This document shows positions 29,127 through 38,345 of a DNA stretch of 64,000 nucleotides, in pieces. The notes below the pieces were generated by a model. It was not told the origin of the DNA, did no database searches, and saw only the letters and a list, made by a program, of their open reading frames with translations. Numbering within the stretch: position 1 is the stretch's first letter; each line of letters begins with the position of its first letter. The stretch lies in IMG/VR virus record IMGVR_UViG_3300027782_004732, positions 6,602 to 70,601 of that record, one strand, 5' to 3'. The DNA is from a virus. The translations under genes and the position numbers were made by a program.

Positions 29127-30392
29127 ATGAAAATATTCGTTCAAATAGCATCTTACAGAGACCCTCAGTTGGTTCCAACTATTAAAGACATGTTGGCAAA
29201 TGCCAAAAAACCAAATAACCTTGTTATCGGTATTGCAAGACAATATAGTCCTGAAGACGGGTTTGATAATTTAGATGAATACAAAAACGACAAAAGATTT
29301 AGAATCTTAGATATTCCTTATCAGGATGCAAAAGGTGTATGTTGGGCAAGACACCAAGTTCAACAACTTTACAAAGGTGAAACATACACATTACAAATAG
29401 ATTCTCATATGAGATTTGTTAAGGATTGGGACGATATCCTTATCAAAATGATAAAGGGGTTACAGAAGGACGGTTACAAAAAGCCTCTACTTACGGGCTA
29501 CGTTCCTTCTTTTGACCCCGAGAATGACCCATCAGGAAGAGCAACTGATGCTTGGAGAATGGTATTTGATAGATTCATTCCTGAAGGTGCGGTGTTCTTC
29601 TTACCTGAAACAATTCCAGGTTGGAAAGAAATGAAAAAACCTGTAACAGGAAGATTCTACTCGGCTCACTTCTGTTTTACATTAGGACAATTCTCAACTG
29701 AAGTTCAACACAACCCCGAATATTATTTCCACGGTGAAGAGATTTCAATTGCTGCAAGAGCTTACACTTGGGGTTATGATATATTCCATCCACACATTCC
29801 TGTTGTTTATCACGAATACACTCGTAAGGGTAGAACAAAACAATGGGATGATGATAAAACTTGGGGACAAAAAAACAGTCACTCCCATTTAACAAATAGA
29901 AAGTTATTTGGTATGGATGGTGAAAAACAAGAAGGTCATGATGGTCCTTATGGTTTTGGTCCTGTTAGAACTTTAACTGAGTACGAAAAATATGCGGGTA
30001 TTTTATTTTCAAAAAGAGCAATTGACAAATATACTTTAGATAAGAATTACCCACCAAACCCATACAATTTTGAAACTGAACAAGAATGGAAAGATAGTTT
30101 CTGTATGATGTTCAAACACTGTATTGATATTGGATATTCTCAAGTTCCTGAAACAGATTATGATTTTTGGGTTGTTGCGTTCCATAATGGTAAAGATGAA
30201 ACTTTATTTAGAAAAGATGCAGATAAGAATGAGATTGCAGGATTTATGAAAGACCCTGATAAGTATTGTAAAGTGTGGAGAGAATTCCAAACTGACGAAT
30301 TACCATCATATTGGGTTGTATGGCCTCACTCAGAATCAAAAGGATGGTGTGATAGAATAACAGGTCAATTAACCCATAACACAGTTAGTTAA
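29127..30392 (+). CDS. GT60-like (Gnt1/Gnt2-type, 'GlcNAc' family) polypeptide N-acetylglucosaminyltransferase
   Basis: IFVQIASYRDP, AKGVCWARH..QQLY.GE.YTLQIDSHMRF..WD, SAHFCF, FHGEEI..AARAYTWGYD. Confidence 0.85.
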   Translation: MKIFVQIASYRDPQLVPTIKDMLANAKKPNNLVIGIARQYSPEDGFDNLDEYKNDKRFRILDIPYQDAKGVCWARHQVQQLYKGETYTLQIDSHMRFVKDWDDILIKMIKGLQKDGYKKPLLTGYVPSFDPENDPSGRATDAWRMVFDRFIPEGAVFFLPETIPGWKEMKKPVTGRFYSAHFCFTLGQFSTEVQHNPEYYFHGEEISIAARAYTWGYDIFHPHIPVVYHEYTRKGRTKQWDDDKTWGQKNSHSHLTNRKLFGMDGEKQEGHDGPYGFGPVRTLTEYEKYAGILFSKRAIDKYTLDKNYPPNPYNFETEQEWKDSFCMMFKHCIDIGYSQVPETDYDFWVVAFHNGKDETLFRKDADKNEIAGFMKDPDKYCKVWREFQTDELPSYWVVWPHSESKGWCDRITGQLTHNTVS

Positions 30393-31126
30393 TGAACATT
30401 ACCAATATACCTAAATTTGTTGTTAATTTAGAAAGAAGACCAGACCGACTTGAACATATCCAAAAAGAAATGGATTATATGGGTTGGGAATATGAATTGT
30501 TTAAAGCGGTTGATTTAAATAATCATGGTGGTTGTACTTTATCTCACGTTGAAATATTAAAAATTGCAAAAAGTAGAGGGTATGAATCAGTAATGGTTAT
30601 TGAAGATGACTGTACATTTTTACCATACTCTAAAGATTTAATAAATAAAATTGAAACTGAAGCTGGTGAGTTTGAATTTGGTATTATAAATTTAGCACCA
30701 ACTTTAAATAGACCCGTTAATCGTAGTGGAGACCAACCATTATTTTTAGATATAACAAATCTACCTCCTAAAGAAGAACACCATAGAGGTATTTTTGCAA
30801 CTAACATCATTCTTTATCATAATTCAATTTATGATAAAGTTATTGAAATGGAAAAACCTGAGATTTTAGGTTACTATGCAATTGATGATTACATTTATCA
30901 ATTCATATTACCGATTAAACAAAGTTATGCTCCAATACTACCAATCGCCCCACAAATGAGTAGTTGGTCAGATGTTTCGCAAGGACAGTATAATAATTTT
31001 TATACACAAACCTACAATTGGAATTTATACAGTCCATGTAAAATTCCTTCCGAATATTTAAATGGTGAAACAACTAAAGAATTAAAGAACAATAAAATAC
31101 ACAAAGAATTTACATATGTCGGCTAA
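30392..31126 (+). CDS. GT25 glycosyltransferase
   Basis: VVNLERRPDRL, GCTLSH, VIEDD, AIDD. Confidence 0.85.
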   Translation: MNITNIPKFVVNLERRPDRLEHIQKEMDYMGWEYELFKAVDLNNHGGCTLSHVEILKIAKSRGYESVMVIEDDCTFLPYSKDLINKIETEAGEFEFGIINLAPTLNRPVNRSGDQPLFLDITNLPPKEEHHRGIFATNIILYHNSIYDKVIEMEKPEILGYYAIDDYIYQFILPIKQSYAPILPIAPQMSSWSDVSQGQYNNFYTQTYNWNLYSPCKIPSEYLNGETTKELKNNKIHKEFTYVG

Positions 31127-32003
31127 AGTTAAATTTATAACATCAATATATAGTGATTTACATGGAACCGAATTTGGTGGTAGAACAGGTAGACACGGAC
31201 ATTATAGATATAGTTTATTATCTATATTAAAAATAACTAACGCAGATTTTCTGTGTTATACTTCAGATAGAGAAATTGAATCGTTAAAATCATTTTTTTA
31301 TGAAGAAAATTCAATATCTCCTGAAAAATTAGAATTTAAAGTTTTTAACATTGCGGATACAAAATTTAAAGACTTAATTAATTTAAGAAAAAATGTGGAC
31401 CAAATAAAACAAGGAGACAGGTGTATTGAAATTCAATATTCTAAATTTTCTTGGTGGTGGAATGAAGATAAAAGTTATGATTACTATTATTGGATTGATG
31501 CTGGTTTATCTCATTGTGGTTTAATACCAAACAAATATCTTTTAGGTACTCACCCACAGGCAAGATATTACGAAAGTAGTTTATTTAATGACGATTTTTT
31601 AAATAACTTGATTGAAGATACTGGTGATAAATTTTTAATTTTAGGAAAAGAAAACGACCGAAATTATTGGTCAGGTACCGTTAACCCAAAATGGTATAAT
31701 GAATTTGACAGAAGTATCCATATTATTGGTGGAATGTTTGGTGGTCATAAAGACAAATGGGATAATATTGTAAACATTTTTGAAGACTATACCACAAAAA
31801 TATTATCTGAAGATGAGGGGTTACCACATGAAGAACAGATAATGAGTTTAATGCATGTAAATCATCGCGATTTATTTGTACGTAAACATTTTGATATTTG
31901 GTGGTGTAGAGACAACGCACCTGCAGGTGTGTCAGATGAAATGTTTGAACAAAATAAAAGTTTTTTTAGAATTTTAGAAGAATTTAATAGAATATATGAG
32001 TAA
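31116..32003 (+). CDS. HtrL/YibB (WlaTC)-like putative glycosyltransferase
   Basis: YSKF, YYWIDAG, GGMFGG, EEQIM. Confidence 0.65.
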   Translation: MSAKVKFITSIYSDLHGTEFGGRTGRHGHYRYSLLSILKITNADFLCYTSDREIESLKSFFYEENSISPEKLEFKVFNIADTKFKDLINLRKNVDQIKQGDRCIEIQYSKFSWWWNEDKSYDYYYWIDAGLSHCGLIPNKYLLGTHPQARYYESSLFNDDFLNNLIEDTGDKFLILGKENDRNYWSGTVNPKWYNEFDRSIHIIGGMFGGHKDKWDNIVNIFEDYTTKILSEDEGLPHEEQIMSLMHVNHRDLFVRKHFDIWWCRDNAPAGVSDEMFEQNKSFFRILEEFNRIYE

Positions 32004-33672
32004 TATAACTTTAGTAACGGGGATATGGGATATTGGTCGTGGAGAACTATCAGAAGGATGGTCAAGACCTTTTCAACACTATTTAGATAAGTTTGAACAA
32101 CTTTTAAAGTGTGATGAGAACATGATTATTTTTGGGGATGAAGAACTCCAAAAGTTTGTGTTTGAAAGACGAAGTGAAGAAAACACTCAATTTATACTTA
32201 GACCAATGTCTTGGTTTAGAGAGTCTGAGTTTTTTGATAAAATTCAAAAAATTAGAACTAATGAAAATTGGCAAAATTTGTCTGGTTGGTTAAAAGAATC
32301 TACTCAAGGTAGATTAGAAAACTACAACCCGTTAGTAATGTCTAAAGTATTTTTATTACATGATGCAAAAATCATGGACCGATTTAATTCTGAATATATG
32401 TTTTGGATTGATGGCGGTTTAACAAATACTGTACATCAAGGATATTTTACTCACGACAAAGTTTTAAATAACTTATCAAAATACATTTCAAAATTTTCAT
32501 TTATTTGTTTCCCTTATGATGCGGAAAATGAAATACATGGTTTTGAATATAATACCTTAAATTCAATTGCAGGTGCAAAAGTTAATAAAGTTGCCAGAGG
32601 AGGATTCTTTGGTGGTCCAAAACATACTATTGGTGATATTAACGGAATTTATTATGGATTATTAAAATCTACATTAGATGAAGGTTATATGGGTACTGAA
32701 GAATCAATTTTCAGTATTATGTGTTATAAACATTCAGATTTAGTAAATTACTTTGAAATAGAATCTAATGGTTTAGTTGGTAAATTTTTTGAAGATTTAA
32801 AAAATAATGACCTTAAACCTAAATCAGAAAATATTAATAAATCAACTAACAGTTTAGATATTAATAAAGTTGGTTTGTATGTTATTACATTTAATAGTCC
32901 AAAACAATTCATGACGTTGATTGAGTCAATGACTGCATATGATAAAGATTATTTGTTAAAGACTAAAAAGTTTTTATTAGATAATTCAACAGACGAGTCT
33001 ACATTTAATGATTATGCTGAAATATGTGAAGAATATGGATTTGAACATATTAAAAAAGATAATTTAGGTATTTGTGGTGGTCGTCAATGGATTGCGGAAC
33101 ATTTTCAAAATGAAACTGATTTAGATTTTTATTTATTCTTTGAAGATGATATGTTTTTCTACCCACATGAAGGTCATGTATGTAGAAATGGTTTTAATAG
33201 ATACGTTCCAAACCTTTATTCAAAAACATTACAAATTGTTAAAAAAGAAAACTTTGATTTTTTAAAGTTAAATTACAGCGAATTCTTTGGTGACAACGGA
33301 ACACAATGGTCTTGGTATAATGTACCACAAAATGTTAGAGAAAAGTTTTGGCCAGGTAAAAACAGGTTACCTCAACAAGGTTTAGACCCAAATGCTCCAA
33401 GAGCTCTTTATGATTCGGTTAATTCATTCCAAGGTATTCCATATGTTACAGGTGAAGTTTATTATTGTAACTGGCCACAAATTGTGACCAGAACAGGTAA
33501 TCAAAAAATGTTCTTAGATACAACGTGGGGACATCCTTTTGAACAGACATGGATGAGTCATATGTATCAATTAGTTAAAAAAGGTGAATTATATCCTGGG
33601 TTATTACTTATGACACCAACTGAACATGATAGATTTGACCATTATGAAAGAAGTTTAAGAAAAGAGTCATAA
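31996..33672 (+). CDS. HtrL-like domain fused to GT-A domain
   Basis: TLVTGIWDIGR, YNPLVMSK, FWIDGG, GGFFGG, GTEE; C-half VITFN..LDNST..FFEDD. Confidence 0.7.
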   Translation: MSNITLVTGIWDIGRGELSEGWSRPFQHYLDKFEQLLKCDENMIIFGDEELQKFVFERRSEENTQFILRPMSWFRESEFFDKIQKIRTNENWQNLSGWLKESTQGRLENYNPLVMSKVFLLHDAKIMDRFNSEYMFWIDGGLTNTVHQGYFTHDKVLNNLSKYISKFSFICFPYDAENEIHGFEYNTLNSIAGAKVNKVARGGFFGGPKHTIGDINGIYYGLLKSTLDEGYMGTEESIFSIMCYKHSDLVNYFEIESNGLVGKFFEDLKNNDLKPKSENINKSTNSLDINKVGLYVITFNSPKQFMTLIESMTAYDKDYLLKTKKFLLDNSTDESTFNDYAEICEEYGFEHIKKDNLGICGGRQWIAEHFQNETDLDFYLFFEDDMFFYPHEGHVCRNGFNRYVPNLYSKTLQIVKKENFDFLKLNYSEFFGDNGTQWSWYNVPQNVREKFWPGKNRLPQQGLDPNAPRALYDSVNSFQGIPYVTGEVYYCNWPQIVTRTGNQKMFLDTTWGHPFEQTWMSHMYQLVKKGELYPGLLLMTPTEHDRFDHYERSLRKES

Positions 33673-33677
33673 CAATA

Positions 33678-33684
33678 TATTTAT
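33678..33684 (+). promoter_or_regulatory. TATTTAT motif
   Basis: 4 nt before ATG 33689. Confidence 0.6.
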
Positions 33685-33688
33685 TGTT

Positions 33689-34066
33689 ATGGAATTTTAC
33701 ATAAAACAAAACGCAACTCTTCCTGTATTAAAAATGCAGGTTGTTAAAGATGGTAGAGCTGGGTTTCTACAACTAATGGAAGATTTAGCGGTTTCTACAA
33801 TTTTTTTCACAATGATAGATGTAGAAACGGGAATTCCTAAAATTGTTTCAGCCCCTTGTGGTATTGTACCTTTAATCTTACCTTTGGGTTCAACACCTGA
33901 ATATTACGTATATTTTCAATTTACTGCAAGAGACACAAATACCCCTGGTAGATACCAAGGTCAATTCTTAATTAAGAATGATGAGGGTAACTTAATCTTA
34001 CCAATCAGGGAAGAATTATATATTAACATCCAAGAAAGTTTTATTTCAGAAACTGCGTGTTGTTAA
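33689..34066 (+). CDS. Small Ig-like structural protein (BppU N-terminal-like)
   Basis: FYIKQNATLPVL...YFQFTARDTNTPGRYQGQF...ILP...LYINI. Confidence 0.55.
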   Translation: MEFYIKQNATLPVLKMQVVKDGRAGFLQLMEDLAVSTIFFTMIDVETGIPKIVSAPCGIVPLILPLGSTPEYYVYFQFTARDTNTPGRYQGQFLIKNDEGNLILPIREELYINIQESFISETACC

Positions 34067-34111
34067 TTTGATTACTCAATTTTTTATTTTATATTTATAA
34101 CAGAAGGTAAA

Positions 34112-34129
34112 TTTCACGAAGGTGTGAAA
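34112..34129 (+). promoter_or_regulatory. Hairpin in DNA polymerase leader
   Basis: tttcac-gaaggt-gtgaaa between TATTTAT (34092-34098) and ATG 34154. Confidence 0.4.
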
Positions 34130-34153
34130 GCTAATAAACCAACTGTATAACTT

Positions 34154-36883
34154 ATGATATCTAACGAAGAAATTGAATCGTTCTTGCACGGGAACGACCC
34201 TGAAGAATTTATAGTCGCTATTGAGTACGACTATCGTGAAAACTGCATTTACAAAATTAAAGAGATTCCTGGTAAAGGAAAAGAAATCCGTAAGGATACA
34301 TTTACACCATTTGCGTGGGTAGGTGACCTACGTGGTATTAACTTTTACGGTAATTCAAAGGCAGCTCAAAAAGAAGCCATGACCAAACATGGTATTATGA
34401 TTGACAAATTGGAAACCCATGGTAATGAAAGATTACAAAATGGTATGACCTTTATGGTTAAATCACTTAAAGGTTATAGAGAACTTATCCAATTCTTCAG
34501 AGAAGGTGGTTGTGACCCATGGGGTGAAAAAACAAAAGACAAAGTAATGGTTCTACCTCCTGTAGAACAATATTTAATATCCAAAGAAAAAAGATTATTT
34601 AAAGGGTTTGAAAACTATCAAGAAGTGACCAGACTTGTATATGACTTAGAGACGACTGCTCTTGAACCAAAGGACGGTCGTATCTTCATGATTGGAATTA
34701 AAACAAATAAAGGATATCACCGAGTTATTGAGTGTGTAGATGAGGCGGAAGAAAAGAACGCTATCATTGAATTCTTTAAGGTAATTAACGAATTAAAACC
34801 AAGTATAATTGGTGGATATAATTCAGCAAACTTTGACTGGCATTGGATTTTTGAAAGATGCAACATATTGGGAATTGACCCAAAGAAAATTTGTAAATCG
34901 TTACATCCTGACCATTCGTTCACAAGAAAAGATAGTATGTTAAAACTTGCAAATGAGGTTGAGACATTTACTCAGACTTCAATTTGGGGTTATAACGTAA
35001 TTGATATTATCCACGCTGTTCGTAGAGCTCAGGCAATTAATTCAAGTATTAAATCTGCGGGTTTGAAATACATCACCCAATATATTAATGCAGAAGCCCC
35101 TGACCGTGTTTACATTGACCACTTAGATATTGGACCATTCTATACAAAGAAAGAAGACTTTTGGTTAAACACTAAAAACGGTAACTATAAGAAGGTTGGT
35201 GCGGATTCTAAGATTGATGAAATCTGTGAAAAACGTAATGACATTTATAATAAAATTAGTGGTGACAAGTTAGTTGAGATGTATCTTGACGATGACTTAG
35301 ATGAGACTCTAAAGGTTGACCAAGAGTTCAACCAAGGTTCGTTCTTGTTGGCCGCAATGATTCCAACAACATATGAAAGGGTTTCAACTATGGGTACCGC
35401 AACTTTATGGAAAATGTTGATGTTAGCTTGGTCTTATAAACATGGACTTGCTATACCAGCAAAACAAGGTAAGACAGACTTCGTAGGAGGTCTTTCACGA
35501 CTACTTAAGGTTGGTTACTCTAAAGATGTACTTAAGTTAGACTTTTCGTCTCTATACCCTTCTATTCAGTTGGTACACGATGTATTTCCCGACTGTGATG
35601 TAACAGGGGCAATGAAAGGAATGTTAAAGTGGTTCCGTGATACTCGTATCAGATACAAAGAACTTGCTGAAGAGTTTTATGAATCAGACCGTAAGAAATC
35701 TGAATCGTATGGTAATAAACAATTACCGATTAAAATCTTTATTAACTCCATGTTCGGTGCATTGTCAGCTCCACAGGTTTATGCTTGGGGTGACATGTAT
35801 ATGGGAGAACAAATTACTTGTACGGGTAGACAATATCTTCGTCAGATGATTAAATTCTTTATGACAAAAGGTTATATTCCATTGGTAATGGATACGGATG
35901 GTGTGAACTTTTCAACCCCAACTGATGCTAAAGACAGAGTTTATGTTGGACGTGGATTAAATTGGAAAGTTAAGTTAGGTAAAGAATATTATGGTCCTGA
36001 AGCTGATGTTGCCGAGTATAACGATATCTTCATGAGAGGTGAGATGGCATTAGATACTGACGGTGTTTGGCCTTCATGTATTAACTTGGCTCGTAAGAAC
36101 TATGCCGTTATGGATGCTAAAGGTAAAATCAAATTGACAGGTAATAGTATTAAATCAAAGAAACTTCCATTATACATTGAGGCGTTCTTGGATAAAGGAG
36201 TTAAAATGTTACTTCAAGGAGACGGTAAAGCATTTGTTGAATATTACTATGAGTATCTACAAACCATTTTTGATAAAAAAATTCCATTAAGTAAGATTGC
36301 TCAAAGAGCAAAAGTTAAGTTATCAATGGAAGATTACAAAAAACGTCTAACAGAAAAAACCAAATCAGGGAATAGTATGAGCCGTATGGCACATATGGAA
36401 TTAGCCCTTCAATCAAACTTGAATGTTAGTTTAGGTGATGTTATTTTGTATGTTAACAACGGACTTAAGTCGTCTCATGGAGATGTTCAGAAAAAAGGTG
36501 ATGGTGTTCAAATTAACTGTTATATGTTGGATAAAGACATTTTGGATAACGACCCCAACTTAACTGGTGATTATAACGTACCAAGAGCGATAACCACATT
36601 CAATAAAAGAATTGAACCATTATTGGTTTGTTTTAAAGACGAGGTTAGAAATGGTTTAATTGTTAATGACCCTGAACAAAGAGGTATTTTTACAACAGCT
36701 CAATGTGAACTAATAAATGGTCAACCGTTTGACGAATCGGGTCAAGATAAATTAGAAGATGTATTAGCAATAACAGACGCTGAAATGTCTTATTGGGAAA
36801 AACGAGGTTTAAGTCCTGACTATATGTATGACTTAGCTGAAGAAGGTTGGCAAGAAAAGTTAGGAATTCTTGAGACCGTCTGA
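34154..36883 (+). CDS. polB: Family B DNA polymerase with 3'-5' exonuclease
   Basis: YDLETT, GYNSANFD, LDFSSLYPSI, KIFINSMFG, MDTDG, RKNYA. Confidence 0.95.
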   Translation: MISNEEIESFLHGNDPEEFIVAIEYDYRENCIYKIKEIPGKGKEIRKDTFTPFAWVGDLRGINFYGNSKAAQKEAMTKHGIMIDKLETHGNERLQNGMTFMVKSLKGYRELIQFFREGGCDPWGEKTKDKVMVLPPVEQYLISKEKRLFKGFENYQEVTRLVYDLETTALEPKDGRIFMIGIKTNKGYHRVIECVDEAEEKNAIIEFFKVINELKPSIIGGYNSANFDWHWIFERCNILGIDPKKICKSLHPDHSFTRKDSMLKLANEVETFTQTSIWGYNVIDIIHAVRRAQAINSSIKSAGLKYITQYINAEAPDRVYIDHLDIGPFYTKKEDFWLNTKNGNYKKVGADSKIDEICEKRNDIYNKISGDKLVEMYLDDDLDETLKVDQEFNQGSFLLAAMIPTTYERVSTMGTATLWKMLMLAWSYKHGLAIPAKQGKTDFVGGLSRLLKVGYSKDVLKLDFSSLYPSIQLVHDVFPDCDVTGAMKGMLKWFRDTRIRYKELAEEFYESDRKKSESYGNKQLPIKIFINSMFGALSAPQVYAWGDMYMGEQITCTGRQYLRQMIKFFMTKGYIPLVMDTDGVNFSTPTDAKDRVYVGRGLNWKVKLGKEYYGPEADVAEYNDIFMRGEMALDTDGVWPSCINLARKNYAVMDAKGKIKLTGNSIKSKKLPLYIEAFLDKGVKMLLQGDGKAFVEYYYEYLQTIFDKKIPLSKIAQRAKVKLSMEDYKKRLTEKTKSGNSMSRMAHMELALQSNLNVSLGDVILYVNNGLKSSHGDVQKKGDGVQINCYMLDKDILDNDPNLTGDYNVPRAITTFNKRIEPLLVCFKDEVRNGLIVNDPEQRGIFTTAQCELINGQPFDESGQDKLEDVLAITDAEMSYWEKRGLSPDYMYDLAEEGWQEKLGILETV

Positions 36884-37195
36884 AGATAAAATATACCAGT
36901 TACCTGTGCAGAATCTAAATTCAATACAAGCATATTTGTCGGCAACGATTTCATCGTAGTCTTCATCAATCTTACCCGTATCAGGTTTGATTATAATTTT
37001 TGTCATTGCTTTTACCACAACGTGGTCAGTTGTTTTAGAATCTAAAATAATTGTAGATTCTGCCACATTTCTTACAATAACACATTCTTCACCGTTAGTT
37101 CTGTATTCCCTTTCAGATACAATTGAAATTTCTGATGTTTCTAAAATTTCACCGTTGATTAATCTTGTAGATGGGATTGTTTTTATAATTGCCAT
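36860..37195 (-). CDS. Small beta-rich hypothetical structural protein
   Basis: 111 aa ORF coupled to neck gene, ends ..IEFRFCTGNWYILSS. Confidence 0.65.
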   Translation of the reverse strand: MAIIKTIPSTRLINGEILETSEISIVSEREYRTNGEECVIVRNVAESTIILDSKTTDHVVVKAMTKIIIKPDTGKIDEDYDEIVADKYACIEFRFCTGNWYILSSDGLKNS

Positions 37196-37199
37196 AATA

Positions 37200-38321
37200 T
37201 TAAATTACATATATTTGACGAGGCATTGCTCTGTACTTCATTTGTTTATTTAAGTTTTCCGCAATTAAGGCTTCTCGTTCCATAACTTTTTCAGGTCTTA
37301 ATCTTGTTAACCAACCTTCAGCACCTGTAAGTTCTTCTATTAATTTTGTTTTTTCATCTTTACCCTCGGTCAACAAACTTGTGTAGTCCATAGTTAATTC
37401 CGAATCAGGAACTTTTAAGTTTCCACTATATTTTCCTCTAACCCTACCTAATGTTTCTTTAACGTAAGCGGTAAACCATCTTCTAACCCATTGTTGTGCA
37501 GGTACGTTTAAGTCAGACCAAGTAAGTTCCTCTAATGGAACATCGTTTGGTGATTTAATTACATCAGGATTATTTTTTAAACAGTCTGCTCTACTATCAG
37601 GAGTTACATCGTAATACCAATACCAAACAGCCTTACCAACATATTGACTATAATTTCCCCAGTTAAAATGATTACCAGGTGCATTGTATAATTGTAAATC
37701 TTTTTTACCATCAGGTAATGCTGTGATTCTATAAGTTAAAGAACCTCCAAGGATTCTGTTTAAAATGTTCGCTTCTTGCATTCTTATTAGATAGTCAAAA
37801 CCTGACATCATATAATAAGAACCTTGATACCCCATTTGGGCAAAACCAGCTTCATTTGCACCAAGTCCTGCACCACCAAATCCACCAATACCACCCATAC
37901 CAAATGCGGTAATAGGTTGGTTACTAAACCATAACACTTCATTAATTTCACGACCTGCAGGGATTTCGTAGTTTTGTTTGTTCTGTTCAAGAATAATATA
38001 ATCTTTCTTTAACACCCAAGGACCTTCGGCTTGAAGACCAACAATTTTTGAATATGAATATGCAAATTGTTGTTCAAAATCCATTGTTCTTGTAATCAAT
38101 GCATTTGCAACGGATTTTTCAGTCATGTTTAAGTTAACCAAGTTAACCCATTGACTATCAATCAACCAATTTAAAATGTATTGTTCATAATCTTGAATAG
38201 AAAGTTCCATTAAAGAATCCATCATTTCATCTTCAATCTCAACACTTCTAATTGGGGCTCCCAATAAGTGTTTAACTCTCGTATAAATTTTTGACCTTTC
38301 TGGTTCTGGAATAACTGCCAT
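37200..38321 (-). CDS. Neck protein (T4 gp13-like head-tail adaptor)
   Basis: LLGAPIRSVEI, QNYEIP, WVRRWFTAYVKETLGRVRGKY..VP, EGKDEK. Confidence 0.75.
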   Translation of the reverse strand: MAVIPEPERSKIYTRVKHLLGAPIRSVEIEDEMMDSLMELSIQDYEQYILNWLIDSQWVNLVNLNMTEKSVANALITRTMDFEQQFAYSYSKIVGLQAEGPWVLKKDYIILEQNKQNYEIPAGREINEVLWFSNQPITAFGMGGIGGFGGAGLGANEAGFAQMGYQGSYYMMSGFDYLIRMQEANILNRILGGSLTYRITALPDGKKDLQLYNAPGNHFNWGNYSQYVGKAVWYWYYDVTPDSRADCLKNNPDVIKSPNDVPLEELTWSDLNVPAQQWVRRWFTAYVKETLGRVRGKYSGNLKVPDSELTMDYTSLLTEGKDEKTKLIEELTGAEGWLTRLRPEKVMEREALIAENLNKQMKYRAMPRQIYVI

Positions 38322-38326
38322 ATCTA

Positions 38327-38333
38327 ATAAATA
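38327..38333 (-). promoter_or_regulatory. TATTTAT motif
   Basis: 5 nt before ATG 38321. Confidence 0.6.
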
Positions 38334-38345
38334 TCAATTAGTTTA

